Shown one piece after another: positions 48,690-58,099 of a DNA stretch of 64,000 bases. Positions within the stretch are counted from its first letter, which is position 1. Each line of letters starts with the position of its first letter. Made by a program: the position numbers and the translations under genes. The notes below the pieces were generated by a model. It was not told the origin of the DNA. It saw nothing but the letters and a program-made list of their open reading frames with translations, and searched no databases. The DNA is taken from assembly GCA_031414535.1 (NCBI GenBank), contig JANNVQ010000010.1, forward strand, positions 1-64,000. The letters are read 5' to 3'. Source of the DNA: Gemmatimonas sp. (lineage in GTDB: Bacteria > Gemmatimonadota > Gemmatimonadetes > Gemmatimonadales > Gemmatimonadaceae).

Positions 48690-50591
48690 TTGAGCGATTC
48701 GCGCCTTTCACAGTCTGACGCCGAACTGCAGTCGCATATCATGCGGGTGCTGGAGTCGCAGTACGACGTCGAAAAAGAAATTGGCCGCGGCGGCATGGGC
48801 ATCGTGTACGGCGGGCGCGACAAGCGCCTCAAGCGTCCGGTGGCCATCAAGCTGCTACCTCCGGAACTCGCGTTCCGTTCAGAAATCCGCACACGCTTCT
48901 TGCGTGAGGCGGAGATGGCGGCACAGCTCTCGCACCCGCACATCGTGCCCATCTACAGCGTGGACGAGCGCGAGGGCCTCGTCTACTTCGTGATGGCCCT
49001 GGTGGAAGGTGAGAACCTGGGCACACGCATCGCCAGAACGGGCCCCGTGAATCCGGACGAGGCACGGCGCATCCTGCGCGAAGTGGGCGACGCGCTGGCC
49101 TACGCGCATTCGCAGAACACGGTGCACCGCGACATCAAGCCGGACAACATCCTCATTGATGGCGCCACCGGCCGCACCATGGTGACCGACTTCGGTATCG
49201 CGCGCGCGGTGAGCGAAGGGAGCGACTCAAAGCTCACCGCGACGGGCATCGCCATTGGCACGCCCGCCTACATGAGCCCCGAGCAATCGGCTGGCGACCG
49301 CGACATTGATGGACGCACAGACCTCTATGCGCTCGGCATCGTAGCCTATCAGATGCTCTGCGGTGATTTGCCCTTCAATGCCACCAGCGCTCCGGCGCTC
49401 TTGGTAAAGCATTTGAGCGAGAAGCCGATTCCGATTGAGCAGCGCGCGATGGTGCCGCCGGAGTTGGCGCGCGCCGTCATGCTCTGCCTCGAGAAGAATC
49501 CTGACGACCGCTTTCCCAACGCCCGCGCCTTCGTACAGGCGCTCGACACAGGCATCGTGCCGCAGTTGCCGGTGCGCGCGGGCAACGCCTACCCGCAGGC
49601 GCAACAGCAGACCTGGCAGCCGCCAGCCGACTTTGACCCAGATGCGCCGACCCCCGAGGAGTTGATTCGCTGGGAGCAGCGCTCAGTGGTGGAATTTCGC
49701 AAGGCGATTGCGCCGTTTCTTTTTGTGACCGCCGCGATGGCGGCCGTAAACACGCTCGGCGGCCCCAACTTTCTGTTCATCTCCGCGTTCTGGGGCATCA
49801 ACGTGGCGTACAAGTACGCCAAGCTTTGGAGCGACGGCTACGATTGGCGCGATGTGTTCAAGCAGCCGCGCGACAAAATGATCGTGGACGTGGCCGCTGA
49901 TACGATGGAAAGCGCCAAGGCCATCTGGGATCGCGACAAGCGCACGGAGATGCGCGAGAAGGCGCGTCGTCGCCGACTTTCGGTGGAGACCAACTCGCCA
50001 TCGGAAGGGCTGCGGGCCTTGTCGTCCGCCGATGCGGCAGCGCTGGGCTCGGGTCCGCATTCGGCAACGGCACGCCAAGCACTGCTCGATCGCGAAGAGG
50101 TGCTGCGCATGGTGGAGTCCTTGCCCAAGGACGACAAGGCGCGCATACCGGACGTGATTCCCACGGCGCGCGCGCTCGCCGAGAGTGTCATGGGTCTCGC
50201 CACGGCTCTCACGGCGATTGAGCGTGACATGGGTGGCGTGAGCGTGGCGACGATGGACAAAGAAATCAGCATGCTCGAGTCGCAGGCGAATCCCATGGAT
50301 ACGCAGGCTAGCGAGATTCGCGTGCGCCGCCTTGCCTTGCTCAAGCGCACGCGTCGTGGCGCGACGGAATTGGAGTCGCGTCGCTCTGACCTCGCCGCCA
50401 AGCTCGAGAACGTCGCGTTGACGCTCCAAAACCTGAAGTTCGACGTGCTACGCTTGAAGACCGGCAACCAGAGCTGGCAGAACATGACGACCATCGCCGA
50501 GCAGGCGGCAGCGTTGGCCCGCGAGGTGGATAGCTCCATCTATGTTGGCGATCAGATGGCAGGCATCTCTCGCGATAAACGCCGTGGCTGA
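48690..50591 (+). CDS. Ser/Thr protein kinase with 2 TM helices and helical C-terminal domain
   Basis: GRGGMG, VAIK, HRDIKPDN, DFG, YMSPE; TTG start inferred. Confidence 0.9.
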   Translation: MSDSRLSQSDAELQSHIMRVLESQYDVEKEIGRGGMGIVYGGRDKRLKRPVAIKLLPPELAFRSEIRTRFLREAEMAAQLSHPHIVPIYSVDEREGLVYFVMALVEGENLGTRIARTGPVNPDEARRILREVGDALAYAHSQNTVHRDIKPDNILIDGATGRTMVTDFGIARAVSEGSDSKLTATGIAIGTPAYMSPEQSAGDRDIDGRTDLYALGIVAYQMLCGDLPFNATSAPALLVKHLSEKPIPIEQRAMVPPELARAVMLCLEKNPDDRFPNARAFVQALDTGIVPQLPVRAGNAYPQAQQQTWQPPADFDPDAPTPEELIRWEQRSVVEFRKAIAPFLFVTAAMAAVNTLGGPNFLFISAFWGINVAYKYAKLWSDGYDWRDVFKQPRDKMIVDVAADTMESAKAIWDRDKRTEMREKARRRRLSVETNSPSEGLRALSSADAAALGSGPHSATARQALLDREEVLRMVESLPKDDKARIPDVIPTARALAESVMGLATALTAIERDMGGVSVATMDKEISMLESQANPMDTQASEIRVRRLALLKRTRRGATELESRRSDLAAKLENVALTLQNLKFDVLRLKTGNQSWQNMTTIAEQAAALAREVDSSIYVGDQMAGISRDKRRG

Positions 50592-52581
50592 AGACGCGCT
50601 GCTGGCGCGCGTCGCCGCCGCGGTCGCCGGACATTACGAAATCGAGGCGGAGGTCGGCCGGGGTGGCATGGCCGTCGTCTACCGCGCGCGTGATGTGCGG
50701 CTGCGTCGCAAGGTGGCACTCAAGGTGCTGCCGCCGGAGCTCGCGTTCCGCGACGAGGTGAAGAAGCGATTCCTGCGCGAGGCGGAGATGGCCGCGGGCC
50801 TCTCGCATCCGCACATCGTGCCCATTTACGCTGTGGACGAGAAGGATGGCCTGGTGTGGATGGCGATGGGTCTCGTGGACGGCGAGTCGCTCGCCGAACG
50901 CTTGCACCGTGACCCCCGGCCGCCATTAGACGTGGTGCGTCGCGTGCTGCGTGAAGTCTGCGATGCGCTCGACTACGCCCACCGCGAGGGCGTCGTGCAT
51001 CGCGACATCAAGCCCGACAACATCTTGCTTGAGCGCGACACGGGCCGCGCCTTGGTGACGGACTTTGGCATCGCCCGCGCTGCAGAGGGCGACCAGCGCC
51101 TCACGGCCACAGGCATCGCGGTGGGCACGCCGGCGTACATGAGTCCCGAACAGGCCATGGGTGAGCGCGAGGTGGATGGCCGCGCCGACATCTACGCCCT
51201 TGGCATCGTGGCCTACCAGATGCTTGCCGGGGAGTTGCCGTTCCAGGCCAGCAACACGCCGACGATGCTCATGAAGCATTTGAGCGAGCGTCCACGTCCG
51301 CTGAATGATGTGCGCGCCGATTTGCCCAAGAATCTCATCTATGCGGTTGAGCGCGCGCTGACAAAGGGCCGCAACGAGCGCTGGAAGGATGCCTCGGAGT
51401 TCAAGACCGCCCTGGCCGACGACGCCGAGCCACCCAGTGCGAGGCCTCGACGTTCGAGCGGCGTGCAGGCGGTGCAGGCAGCAAAGCCGCCCGTCCGAGA
51501 TGACTTGGATGACCTCAAGTCGCGCACACCGCTGCCAGGCCCAGCCTTCCCTGAATTGCCGAGCGATTGGATGACAGATCCAACCAAGCGCGACGAGGGC
51601 AAGGAGTCGCTGCGGCAATGGCGCGAAGAGGCGCGCCGGTGGCGTGAGGAGGTGCGCAATCAGCCGCGTGCGCAGCGCGATGACCTCCGCGCCGGTGCGC
51701 AACAGATGGCCGAGTATGAATTGATGCGGCGCACGCCTGAGGAGCGCATCTTGTCCGTGCGCAAGCGCATGGCAACGGGCGTGGTGACGGTGGGAATGTT
51801 GGCCGTGATTAATGCAGTGACCTCACCGGTGTTTCCTTGGGTGGTTTTTCCGGCCATCGGCATTGGCTACGGCATCGTGAAGCGCATCACGGATTTGTGG
51901 GCTGATGGCATTCCCATTCGAGCCATCTTCACGCGCCCCGCCGAGCGCCGGGTGCGCGGCGATGAAGCGCCGCTGCGTCGCTTGGAACCCAAGCTGCCGG
52001 CACCCACTGCGGTGACGGCCGCACACGCGGTGCTTGACGCGGTGCCCGCTGATGTGCTCGCGGGTGTGCAGGGCCAAGCCGTGCGCGATGCCTTTGACGC
52101 GCGGTCGAAGATTCGCTCCGTGCTGGCGCGCCTGCCCGAGAGCGATCGTGCCCTGCTGCCGGAAATCGAGCCGACGGTTGAAGCGCTGATTGAGCGCGTA
52201 CGCACCTTGGCCATTGCGCTTCATGCGCTGGACACGGAAGCCTCGCCGGACGCGCTCGTCCGACTCGAGACGCGCATTGCTCAAGCAGAGACGATGCCTT
52301 CGGCCGCGCCGGATCGCGAACGCCGCCTGGAGCTGCTGCGCCGGCAACGCGTGACGCTCACAGACCTCGCCGAACGGCGCTCGTCGCTCGGTTCGCAGTT
52401 GGAGCAGGCGGTGCTCGTGCTGGAGACCATGAAGCTGGATCTCACCAAGCTGCGGAGCTCAGGTGTGGCGTCGCGCGCGGCCGGTGAAGGTCCGCAGACG
52501 GAAGAGCTTCGTGCGCTCGCGCGTGACGTGGAGCGCGCGGCCGAGGCCGTGGACGAAGCGAGGCTAGACCGAGACCCGTAG
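50584..52581 (+). CDS. Ser/Thr protein kinase paralog with 2TM and helical C-terminal domain
   Basis: Same motifs; GTG at 50584 overlaps the previous stop. Confidence 0.9.
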   Translation: MAEDALLARVAAAVAGHYEIEAEVGRGGMAVVYRARDVRLRRKVALKVLPPELAFRDEVKKRFLREAEMAAGLSHPHIVPIYAVDEKDGLVWMAMGLVDGESLAERLHRDPRPPLDVVRRVLREVCDALDYAHREGVVHRDIKPDNILLERDTGRALVTDFGIARAAEGDQRLTATGIAVGTPAYMSPEQAMGEREVDGRADIYALGIVAYQMLAGELPFQASNTPTMLMKHLSERPRPLNDVRADLPKNLIYAVERALTKGRNERWKDASEFKTALADDAEPPSARPRRSSGVQAVQAAKPPVRDDLDDLKSRTPLPGPAFPELPSDWMTDPTKRDEGKESLRQWREEARRWREEVRNQPRAQRDDLRAGAQQMAEYELMRRTPEERILSVRKRMATGVVTVGMLAVINAVTSPVFPWVVFPAIGIGYGIVKRITDLWADGIPIRAIFTRPAERRVRGDEAPLRRLEPKLPAPTAVTAAHAVLDAVPADVLAGVQGQAVRDAFDARSKIRSVLARLPESDRALLPEIEPTVEALIERVRTLAIALHALDTEASPDALVRLETRIAQAETMPSAAPDRERRLELLRRQRVTLTDLAERRSSLGSQLEQAVLVLETMKLDLTKLRSSGVASRAAGEGPQTEELRALARDVERAAEAVDEARLDRDP

Positions 52582-53394
52582 AATCATCGGTTGGATTGCG
52601 CGGCGCAGCGCCTCGGGTGAGTCCTCTGGAACGAAGTGTGCCGCCCCTGGAATCACCGTGAACGTGGATCCCTTGAGCGACGCGTGCAGGCGCTCGCCCA
52701 ACGAGACGGGATAGAACGGATCCTCCGCGCCCCACACCACCGCCGAGGGCAGATCGAGCTCAGCGAGTCGTTTGGACCAACTCGCGGTATCGCAGTGCCG
52801 TATGGCGGCGAGGTGGCTGGCCAGTGCATCGCGACCAGCCACCGTGGTGAAGCTGCGCAAACAGGTGTCGAGCGTGGGATGCGAGCGGTCGGCATCGGCA
52901 AAACCGTGACGCACCGAGCCATGTACGAGCCCCGCGAGTAGCGCGGGCGGCGTGTGCTTGGCCAGCGGTCCGAGCGCACGCGCTAACCGCGCCATGCGGC
53001 GTGGCTTCACGCCGAAGCCGGCCGAACTGACGAGGGCCAGTCCAGCGACGCGCGTTGGCCACTGCACGGCGAAGGCCTGCGCCACGCCTCCGCCGAGCCC
53101 GTGCCCAACGATGAAAGCCCGTTCGACCCCCAAATCATCGAGCAGGGCGTGAATCGCCGCTGCGTATGCACCGCAACCCGTGCGCGCGGCGGACGGCGGA
53201 TCGCTACGCCCAAACCCCGGGAGGTCTACAATGATGAGTCGGTGTCCGGGCGCGAAGTCCGGCACAAATTCGCTCCACAGCCGCGAGGCCAAAGGAAATC
53301 CGTGAATCAAAACCACCGGATCGCCCGCCCCTCGGCTACCCGCCGCGTAGTAATAGAGGCGAGAACCACCCACATCCACGAATTCACCGCGCAT
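52564..53394 (-). CDS. alpha/beta hydrolase fold protein lacking the nucleophile Ser
   Basis: HGF, DLPGFGRS, GHGLGG at the nucleophile elbow, AAHF. Confidence 0.85.
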   Translation of the reverse strand: MRGEFVDVGGSRLYYYAAGSRGAGDPVVLIHGFPLASRLWSEFVPDFAPGHRLIIVDLPGFGRSDPPSAARTGCGAYAAAIHALLDDLGVERAFIVGHGLGGGVAQAFAVQWPTRVAGLALVSSAGFGVKPRRMARLARALGPLAKHTPPALLAGLVHGSVRHGFADADRSHPTLDTCLRSFTTVAGRDALASHLAAIRHCDTASWSKRLAELDLPSAVVWGAEDPFYPVSLGERLHASLKGSTFTVIPGAAHFVPEDSPEALRRAIQPMILRVSV

Positions 53395-53525
53395 AAATGC
53401 AATCTGGCGGATTCCGTGGGAAATGGTATCCTTCACTAGGCCTGCGGCACCGCGTAGCAGCAATGGGACACGGAGCCACAGGAGGAGCAGCCTAAGTTGT
53501 TATCTCATTTGGCGTTAGCCACGGT

Positions 53526-54671
53526 TTGAGCTTGACGACCCCGATTATCTATCCGACGTCCATTTTTGCGCCACCGCCGCCACCCGAAGCAGAGGTGACG
53601 TTTCCGGTCAATTGGTTGCTCAATAATGCGTCAGCACCGATTCAGTATCGCGCCATCAACGACGTAGCGAAGCCAGTTGGCGGTGTTTTGTTCACGCCCG
53701 GCGTGCTGCCGCTGGCCTACAGACCGGCATTGGAGCTCGCTATTCAGGCCGATGTGAACGGTGTTTGGAACCGCTCAATGCTTTCGCTGCCGTCAAAATC
53801 TTCAGAACATTTTGAGGGTGTCGGCACCATTCCGGCGATGCGTCGTTTGCTCGAATACGGATGGGACAAGGACTCGCCGCCGGTGGTGCACACCAAGCGC
53901 GTGCTGTTCCGTTTGCTCGCCGAGGACAACGATCCGGATTTCCTTTACGAGCTGCGTCCCACCAAGAAGGTGGAACCCGAAGTGATGCTGTCGCAGCGTC
54001 AGTTGCTCCGTGAGGCGGCTGCGGCAACTTTGGCGACTGCGGGCTTTGAAGCGGATCCGCGTTTGCGTGGACTCGCGCGCCGCACCATCGAGCGGATTGC
54101 CGAGTTCCTGCGCTCACCGCTGGCCGAGAAGCCTTGGATTCGCGTGGGCAACAGGCAGGTGCTGCATCCGGACGCGTCGCCGCCGAGCATTTACGCGCTG
54201 CACCTCATTGCGCATATGCCGATGTTCCAGAGCGAGCACTACGAGGCAATGGAGCTGCTGTTCGCCTTTCTGTCGCGCGCGCTACCGCGTCAGGAATCCA
54301 TTCAGCAGGTCGGGGCGAACACGATGATGCCGATGCCGTATGCGGTGCTCGGCGATCATCTCCCGCACCGTAACGCGGTTGAAGACGATGTGCCGAAGGC
54401 CTTGGCGTGGTTGGAGTTGATGGCGCGTTTGGGCTTCCTGCGCCGCAACGAGACGTGGACGAAGATGTACGAGCGCTTCGTGGACGACTGCGGTCGCGAT
54501 GGCGTGTGGCATCCGCATAAGGGACTGGCGGTGCCCAAGAGCTCCGATCCATACGTGTGGCCGATGTTCCCGCTCGAGCAATCGAACGGTGGCGAGGAGC
54601 GCTGGGCTGATGTGACGTTCCGCATTGGGCTCATCGCGCGCCTCGGTGGGCGTCCGATCAAGTTGATCTGA
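53526..54671 (+). CDS. hypothetical protein (possible alpha/alpha-barrel)
   Basis: 381-aa ORF, helical, DGVW motif; start uncertain. Confidence 0.7.
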   Translation: MSLTTPIIYPTSIFAPPPPPEAEVTFPVNWLLNNASAPIQYRAINDVAKPVGGVLFTPGVLPLAYRPALELAIQADVNGVWNRSMLSLPSKSSEHFEGVGTIPAMRRLLEYGWDKDSPPVVHTKRVLFRLLAEDNDPDFLYELRPTKKVEPEVMLSQRQLLREAAAATLATAGFEADPRLRGLARRTIERIAEFLRSPLAEKPWIRVGNRQVLHPDASPPSIYALHLIAHMPMFQSEHYEAMELLFAFLSRALPRQESIQQVGANTMMPMPYAVLGDHLPHRNAVEDDVPKALAWLELMARLGFLRRNETWTKMYERFVDDCGRDGVWHPHKGLAVPKSSDPYVWPMFPLEQSNGGEERWADVTFRIGLIARLGGRPIKLI

Positions 54672-54699
54672 TCGCGCACCTCGTTAGCGTAGCGCGGGC

Positions 54700-55578
54700 A
54701 TGAGCGGGCGTCTTCCGCCGGAGCAGTGGTTTCCGGCAGGTGTCGAGGGTATTCGTGTACGTCGCGAGACGCTGGCCAGCGGCGTGGCGGTACGCATCCT
54801 TGAGGCGGGGCCAGCAAATGGCCCCGCCGTTTTGTTGGTGCATGGCTGGGCGGTGACGGCGTACCTCTGGCGTCACAACATCCTGCCGCTCGCGGCCGCG
54901 GGTTACCGCGTGATTGCGCTGGATCTGCCAGGACACGGGCTGAGTGATGCGCCCAGCGCGCCAGGCTCGTACAAGTCGGAGCGTTTTGCGCAGTATGTGA
55001 TTGAGACGCTTGATATTTGCGGCGTGGAGCGCGCGGCGGTGGCGGGCCAGAGCATGGGCGGCAAGGTGGTGGTGCGCGTTGCGCTGGATGCCCCGGAGCG
55101 CGTGTCGCAACTCATCCTATATGGTGCGGTGGGCTTTGGTCTCATTCCGCCCTGGCAGGCACTCTCGCCGCTGATTCCCACACTGCCGGGCGAAATCATC
55201 GCGAAGTTCATTCCTCGCGAGATGGTCGCCTTCGTGCAACATCGCGTGTACGGCAAGTTGGGGTTCTTCACCGAGCGCGATGTAGATGAGTACTGGGCGC
55301 CGACGCAGTTTCCCGCTGCGGTGCGCGCGCAGTTCCAGATGTTGCAGGAGTTCCACTGGGGCCTGTGGGACGAGCCGACGCTGCGCCGTCTTAAGACGCC
55401 CACGCACGTGGTCTTCGGTACGCGGGACCGCACGGTACGTCCGCACCATGCGGAGACGCTGGCGAGAGCCTTGCCCAATGGCCGCATCACGTGGATTGCC
55501 GACGGCGGGCACGTGGTGATGGAAGAGGCGCCGGCGAGGATTAATGAGATGCTGCTCGGCGACTTGGCGAGGGGCTGA
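54700..55578 (+). CDS. alpha/beta hydrolase
   Basis: HGW, DLPGHGLS, GQSMG, D, GGH. Confidence 0.9.
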   Translation: MSGRLPPEQWFPAGVEGIRVRRETLASGVAVRILEAGPANGPAVLLVHGWAVTAYLWRHNILPLAAAGYRVIALDLPGHGLSDAPSAPGSYKSERFAQYVIETLDICGVERAAVAGQSMGGKVVVRVALDAPERVSQLILYGAVGFGLIPPWQALSPLIPTLPGEIIAKFIPREMVAFVQHRVYGKLGFFTERDVDEYWAPTQFPAAVRAQFQMLQEFHWGLWDEPTLRRLKTPTHVVFGTRDRTVRPHHAETLARALPNGRITWIADGGHVVMEEAPARINEMLLGDLARG

Positions 55579-55592
55579 TTAGGTTACTGGGA

Positions 55593-56951
55593 ATGACTAT
55601 GATGAAGACAACTGGACGGAAGACGGATGACGGAAGCGAAAAGCGTACGGCAGCCGCGGTGAAGAAGGGCCGCGCGCCTTCCAAGGCTTCAGGCAAGGCT
55701 GCAGGCAAGGCTGCAGAGACGAAAGCCGAAGCAGAGATTTCGCTCTTGCCGCCGCCGTCAGCGAAGGTCGTGCTCGACGGCGATTCGCGCACGCTCGCCG
55801 AGCAGGAAGCGGCGACGGTAGACATCACCTTTGCCGACTTGGGTTTGAGCGAGCGGATGCTCGCCTCGCTGGTGCAAAGCGGCTACACGCGCCCCACGCC
55901 CATTCAACAGCAGGCCGTGCCGCTGGCACTCAAGGGCCGCGACCTGATGGGTCTCGCGCAGACGGGAACGGGTAAGACCGCCGCGTTCACGATTCCGATC
56001 ATTGAGCGCTTGATGGACGGGCCCAAGCGCACGCGTGCGCTGGTGCTCACGCCCACGCGCGAGCTGTGTCAGCAGGTCGAGGCCGCGGTGCGGAAGTACG
56101 GTGTCGGGACTGGGCTTGAGGTCGTCTCGGTGTACGGCGGCGTGGGCTATGATCAGCAGGTAGAAGCGCTGCGTGGTGGCGTAGACGTGATTGTCGCGAC
56201 GCCGGGCCGCCTCATTGACCACCTCGAGAAGCAGAACGTGGTGTTCGACGACCTCGAGGTGCTCGTACTCGACGAAGCGGACCGCATGCTCGACATGGGC
56301 TTTGCGCCCCAGATCAACAAGATCGTCGCGCAGATTCACCCCTACCGCCAGACGCTGCTCTTCTCGGCGACGATGCCACCCGAAGTGGAAGCGCTCGCCC
56401 GCAAGTATTTGCGCAAGCCGGTGGTGGTGCAGGTGGGACGTCGCTCACAGGCGGCCGCATCGGTGCGGCACTTCGTGTATCCGGTGCCAGGAGCGAAAAA
56501 GACCGCCTTGCTGACGCATCTCCTCGGCGAACTCGGCGTCAACGATTCGATTCTCGTGTTCACGCGCACCAAGCACGGCGCGGACCGCGTGGTGAGTCAT
56601 CTGGAAGACAACGGCATCAAGGCCGACGCGCTACACGCAGACAAGAGTCAGGGTCAGCGCGAGCAGGCACTGGCCAAGTTCAAGGATGGCAAAACGCGTG
56701 TACTTGTGGCGACGGACATCGCGCAGCGTGGCTTGGACATCTCGGGCATCACGCACGTGGTGAACTACGATGTGCCGCAGCAAGCCGAAGACTACGTGCA
56801 CCGGATTGGCCGCACGGGACGCGCCGCGAAGGAAGGCGACGCGTTCACGTTTATGAGTACGGAAGAGATTGGGATGGTGAGAACTATTGAACGAGTGATC
56901 GGCCAAGAGATTCCCCGGATTTCTGTGGTTGGATACGACTTCGGCACTTGA
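55593..56951 (+). CDS. DEAD-box RNA helicase (RhlE-like)
   Basis: Q motif, AQTGTGKT, PTREL, DEAD, SAT, HRIGRTGR. Confidence 0.95.
   Translation: MTMMKTTGRKTDDGSEKRTAAAVKKGRAPSKASGKAAGKAAETKAEAEISLLPPPSAKVVLDGDSRTLAEQEAATVDITFADLGLSERMLASLVQSGYTRPTPIQQQAVPLALKGRDLMGLAQTGTGKTAAFTIPIIERLMDGPKRTRALVLTPTRELCQQVEAAVRKYGVGTGLEVVSVYGGVGYDQQVEALRGGVDVIVATPGRLIDHLEKQNVVFDDLEVLVLDEADRMLDMGFAPQINKIVAQIHPYRQTLLFSATMPPEVEALARKYLRKPVVVQVGRRSQAAASVRHFVYPVPGAKKTALLTHLLGELGVNDSILVFTRTKHGADRVVSHLEDNGIKADALHADKSQGQREQALAKFKDGKTRVLVATDIAQRGLDISGITHVVNYDVPQQAEDYVHRIGRTGRAAKEGDAFTFMSTEEIGMVRTIERVIGQEIPRISVVGYDFGT
55614..55637 (+). repeat. heptamer repeat arm in the helicase N-terminus
   Basis: GGACGGAAGACGGATGACGGAAGC, encoding GRKTDDGS. 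Confidence 0.8.
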
Positions 56952-56956
56952 GTTTT

Positions 56957-57009
56957 GGACGGATGACGGATGACGGAAGCTTTTGGCATCCGTCTTCCGT
57001 CATCCGTCC
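56957..57009. repeat. heptamer palindromic repeat doublet between convergent genes
   Basis: GGACGGATGACGGATGACGGAAGC-TTTTG-GCATCCGTCTTCCGTCATCCGTCC. Confidence 0.9.
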
Positions 57010-57013
57010 TGTT

Positions 57014-57439
57014 TCAATAGCTGACTCGTGCTCGCCCGAGTCTCGACACCACCACCGTCTCAGCGCGCGCTCCAATGCTCACCACAATTGTCGAGTTTGC
57101 GACTCCGAATCCGAGTCCGTTCGCCCCGAAGGTGACGGTGTCGCGGGTGGCGAACAGCTGCACGTAGTGCATGCGGCGCAGTTCGCGCTTCATGAGGGTG
57201 TCGCCGCCGGACTCCACGCGGATGCTGCCGGCGGGGCGGTCCACCACCAAGCGTGCGGACTCACCGCGGCGGATGGCGGCGGCTCGGGTGATGGCCACGG
57301 CGCCGCTGACTTCGTGGGCGGCCTGACGGATGCGGATACCGTCGAGGATGTACTTCGCGCGCGGCAGGGCGAGCCCGGCCGTGACGGCAACGAAGGTGCA
57401 GACCAGAATCAGCTCGAGGAGGGTCACGCCACGGCGCAT
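57014..57439 (-). CDS. GspH/FimT-like prepilin
   Basis: RRG/VTLLELILV prepilin cleavage motif. Confidence 0.85.
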   Translation of the reverse strand: MRRGVTLLELILVCTFVAVTAGLALPRAKYILDGIRIRQAAHEVSGAVAITRAAAIRRGESARLVVDRPAGSIRVESGGDTLMKRELRRMHYVQLFATRDTVTFGANGLGFGVANSTIVVSIGARAETVVVSRLGRARVSY

Positions 57440-57521
57440 AGGGAAGGGAGGATGCGTAGATTCGACGCGTGGGGCGGCATCGCCCCCTTGCCGTCGTCAC
57501 CCGAATACTCCGGAGCCCCCC

Positions 57522-57770
57522 GTGCCGAGACTTGCTTCTGTGTCCCTTGGACTCGCCGCCGTCGTAGCGCTCGGGGGTTGCTATCAGGACCCTGAGGAGC
57601 GCATCGCGCAGCAACAACTGGTCCAGGACATGACCGACGCCGTCAATCAGTTGGGCATGCAGGTATCCGAACTGCAGGTGACGGTGGACTCGATGCGAGC
57701 CATTGTCGCCAAGCAAGACACGGCGATTTACAGAATGGCGAACGTGACTGGGGTGCCGTATCAGCGATAA
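57522..57770 (+). CDS. small coiled-coil lipoprotein
   Basis: GTG start after GGAG, lipobox LGGC, heptad-like region. Confidence 0.7.
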   Translation: MPRLASVSLGLAAVVALGGCYQDPEERIAQQQLVQDMTDAVNQLGMQVSELQVTVDSMRAIVAKQDTAIYRMANVTGVPYQR

Positions 57771-57781
57771 GCCACACGACG

Positions 57782-58096
57782 GGACGGATGACGGAAGACG
57801 GATGCTCACAGCAAACCAGCTTCCGTCGGTCCGGCACATTGACGTCGCGTTCTGCGTGGCATGTAACTACCAGCCGCGTGCGGTGGCACTGGCCGATACG
57901 TTGCGGCGGGTATTCCCCGAGGCGACCATCACGCTGACACCAACGGGCGGCGGCGCATTTGAAGTCACCGCTGATGGCACTCTAATTTTCTCGAAGAATG
58001 ATCTTGGCCGGCACGCCCAGCCCGGCGAAGTCCTCTCTCGGCTCAATTCCATCCGCTAACACCGCTGCATATGCATCCGTCATCCGTCATCCGTCC
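57782..58096. repeat. heptamer repeat arms bracketing the Rdx gene
   Basis: GGACGGATGACGGAAGACGGATGC (57782-57805) and GCATCCGTCATCCGTCATCCGTCC (58073-58096). Confidence 0.85.
57802..58059 (+). CDS. Rdx family (SelT/SelW/SelH-like) protein, Cys form
   Basis: FCVACNY.PRA, GGAFEV, LIFSK. Confidence 0.85.
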   Translation: MLTANQLPSVRHIDVAFCVACNYQPRAVALADTLRRVFPEATITLTPTGGGAFEVTADGTLIFSKNDLGRHAQPGEVLSRLNSIR

Positions 58097-58099
58097 TCT

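Noticed and set aside
57802..58059. Selenoprotein (CxxU) call for Rdx
   Set aside because: The motif is TGC-GTG-GCA-TGT (CVAC), with no in-frame TGA.
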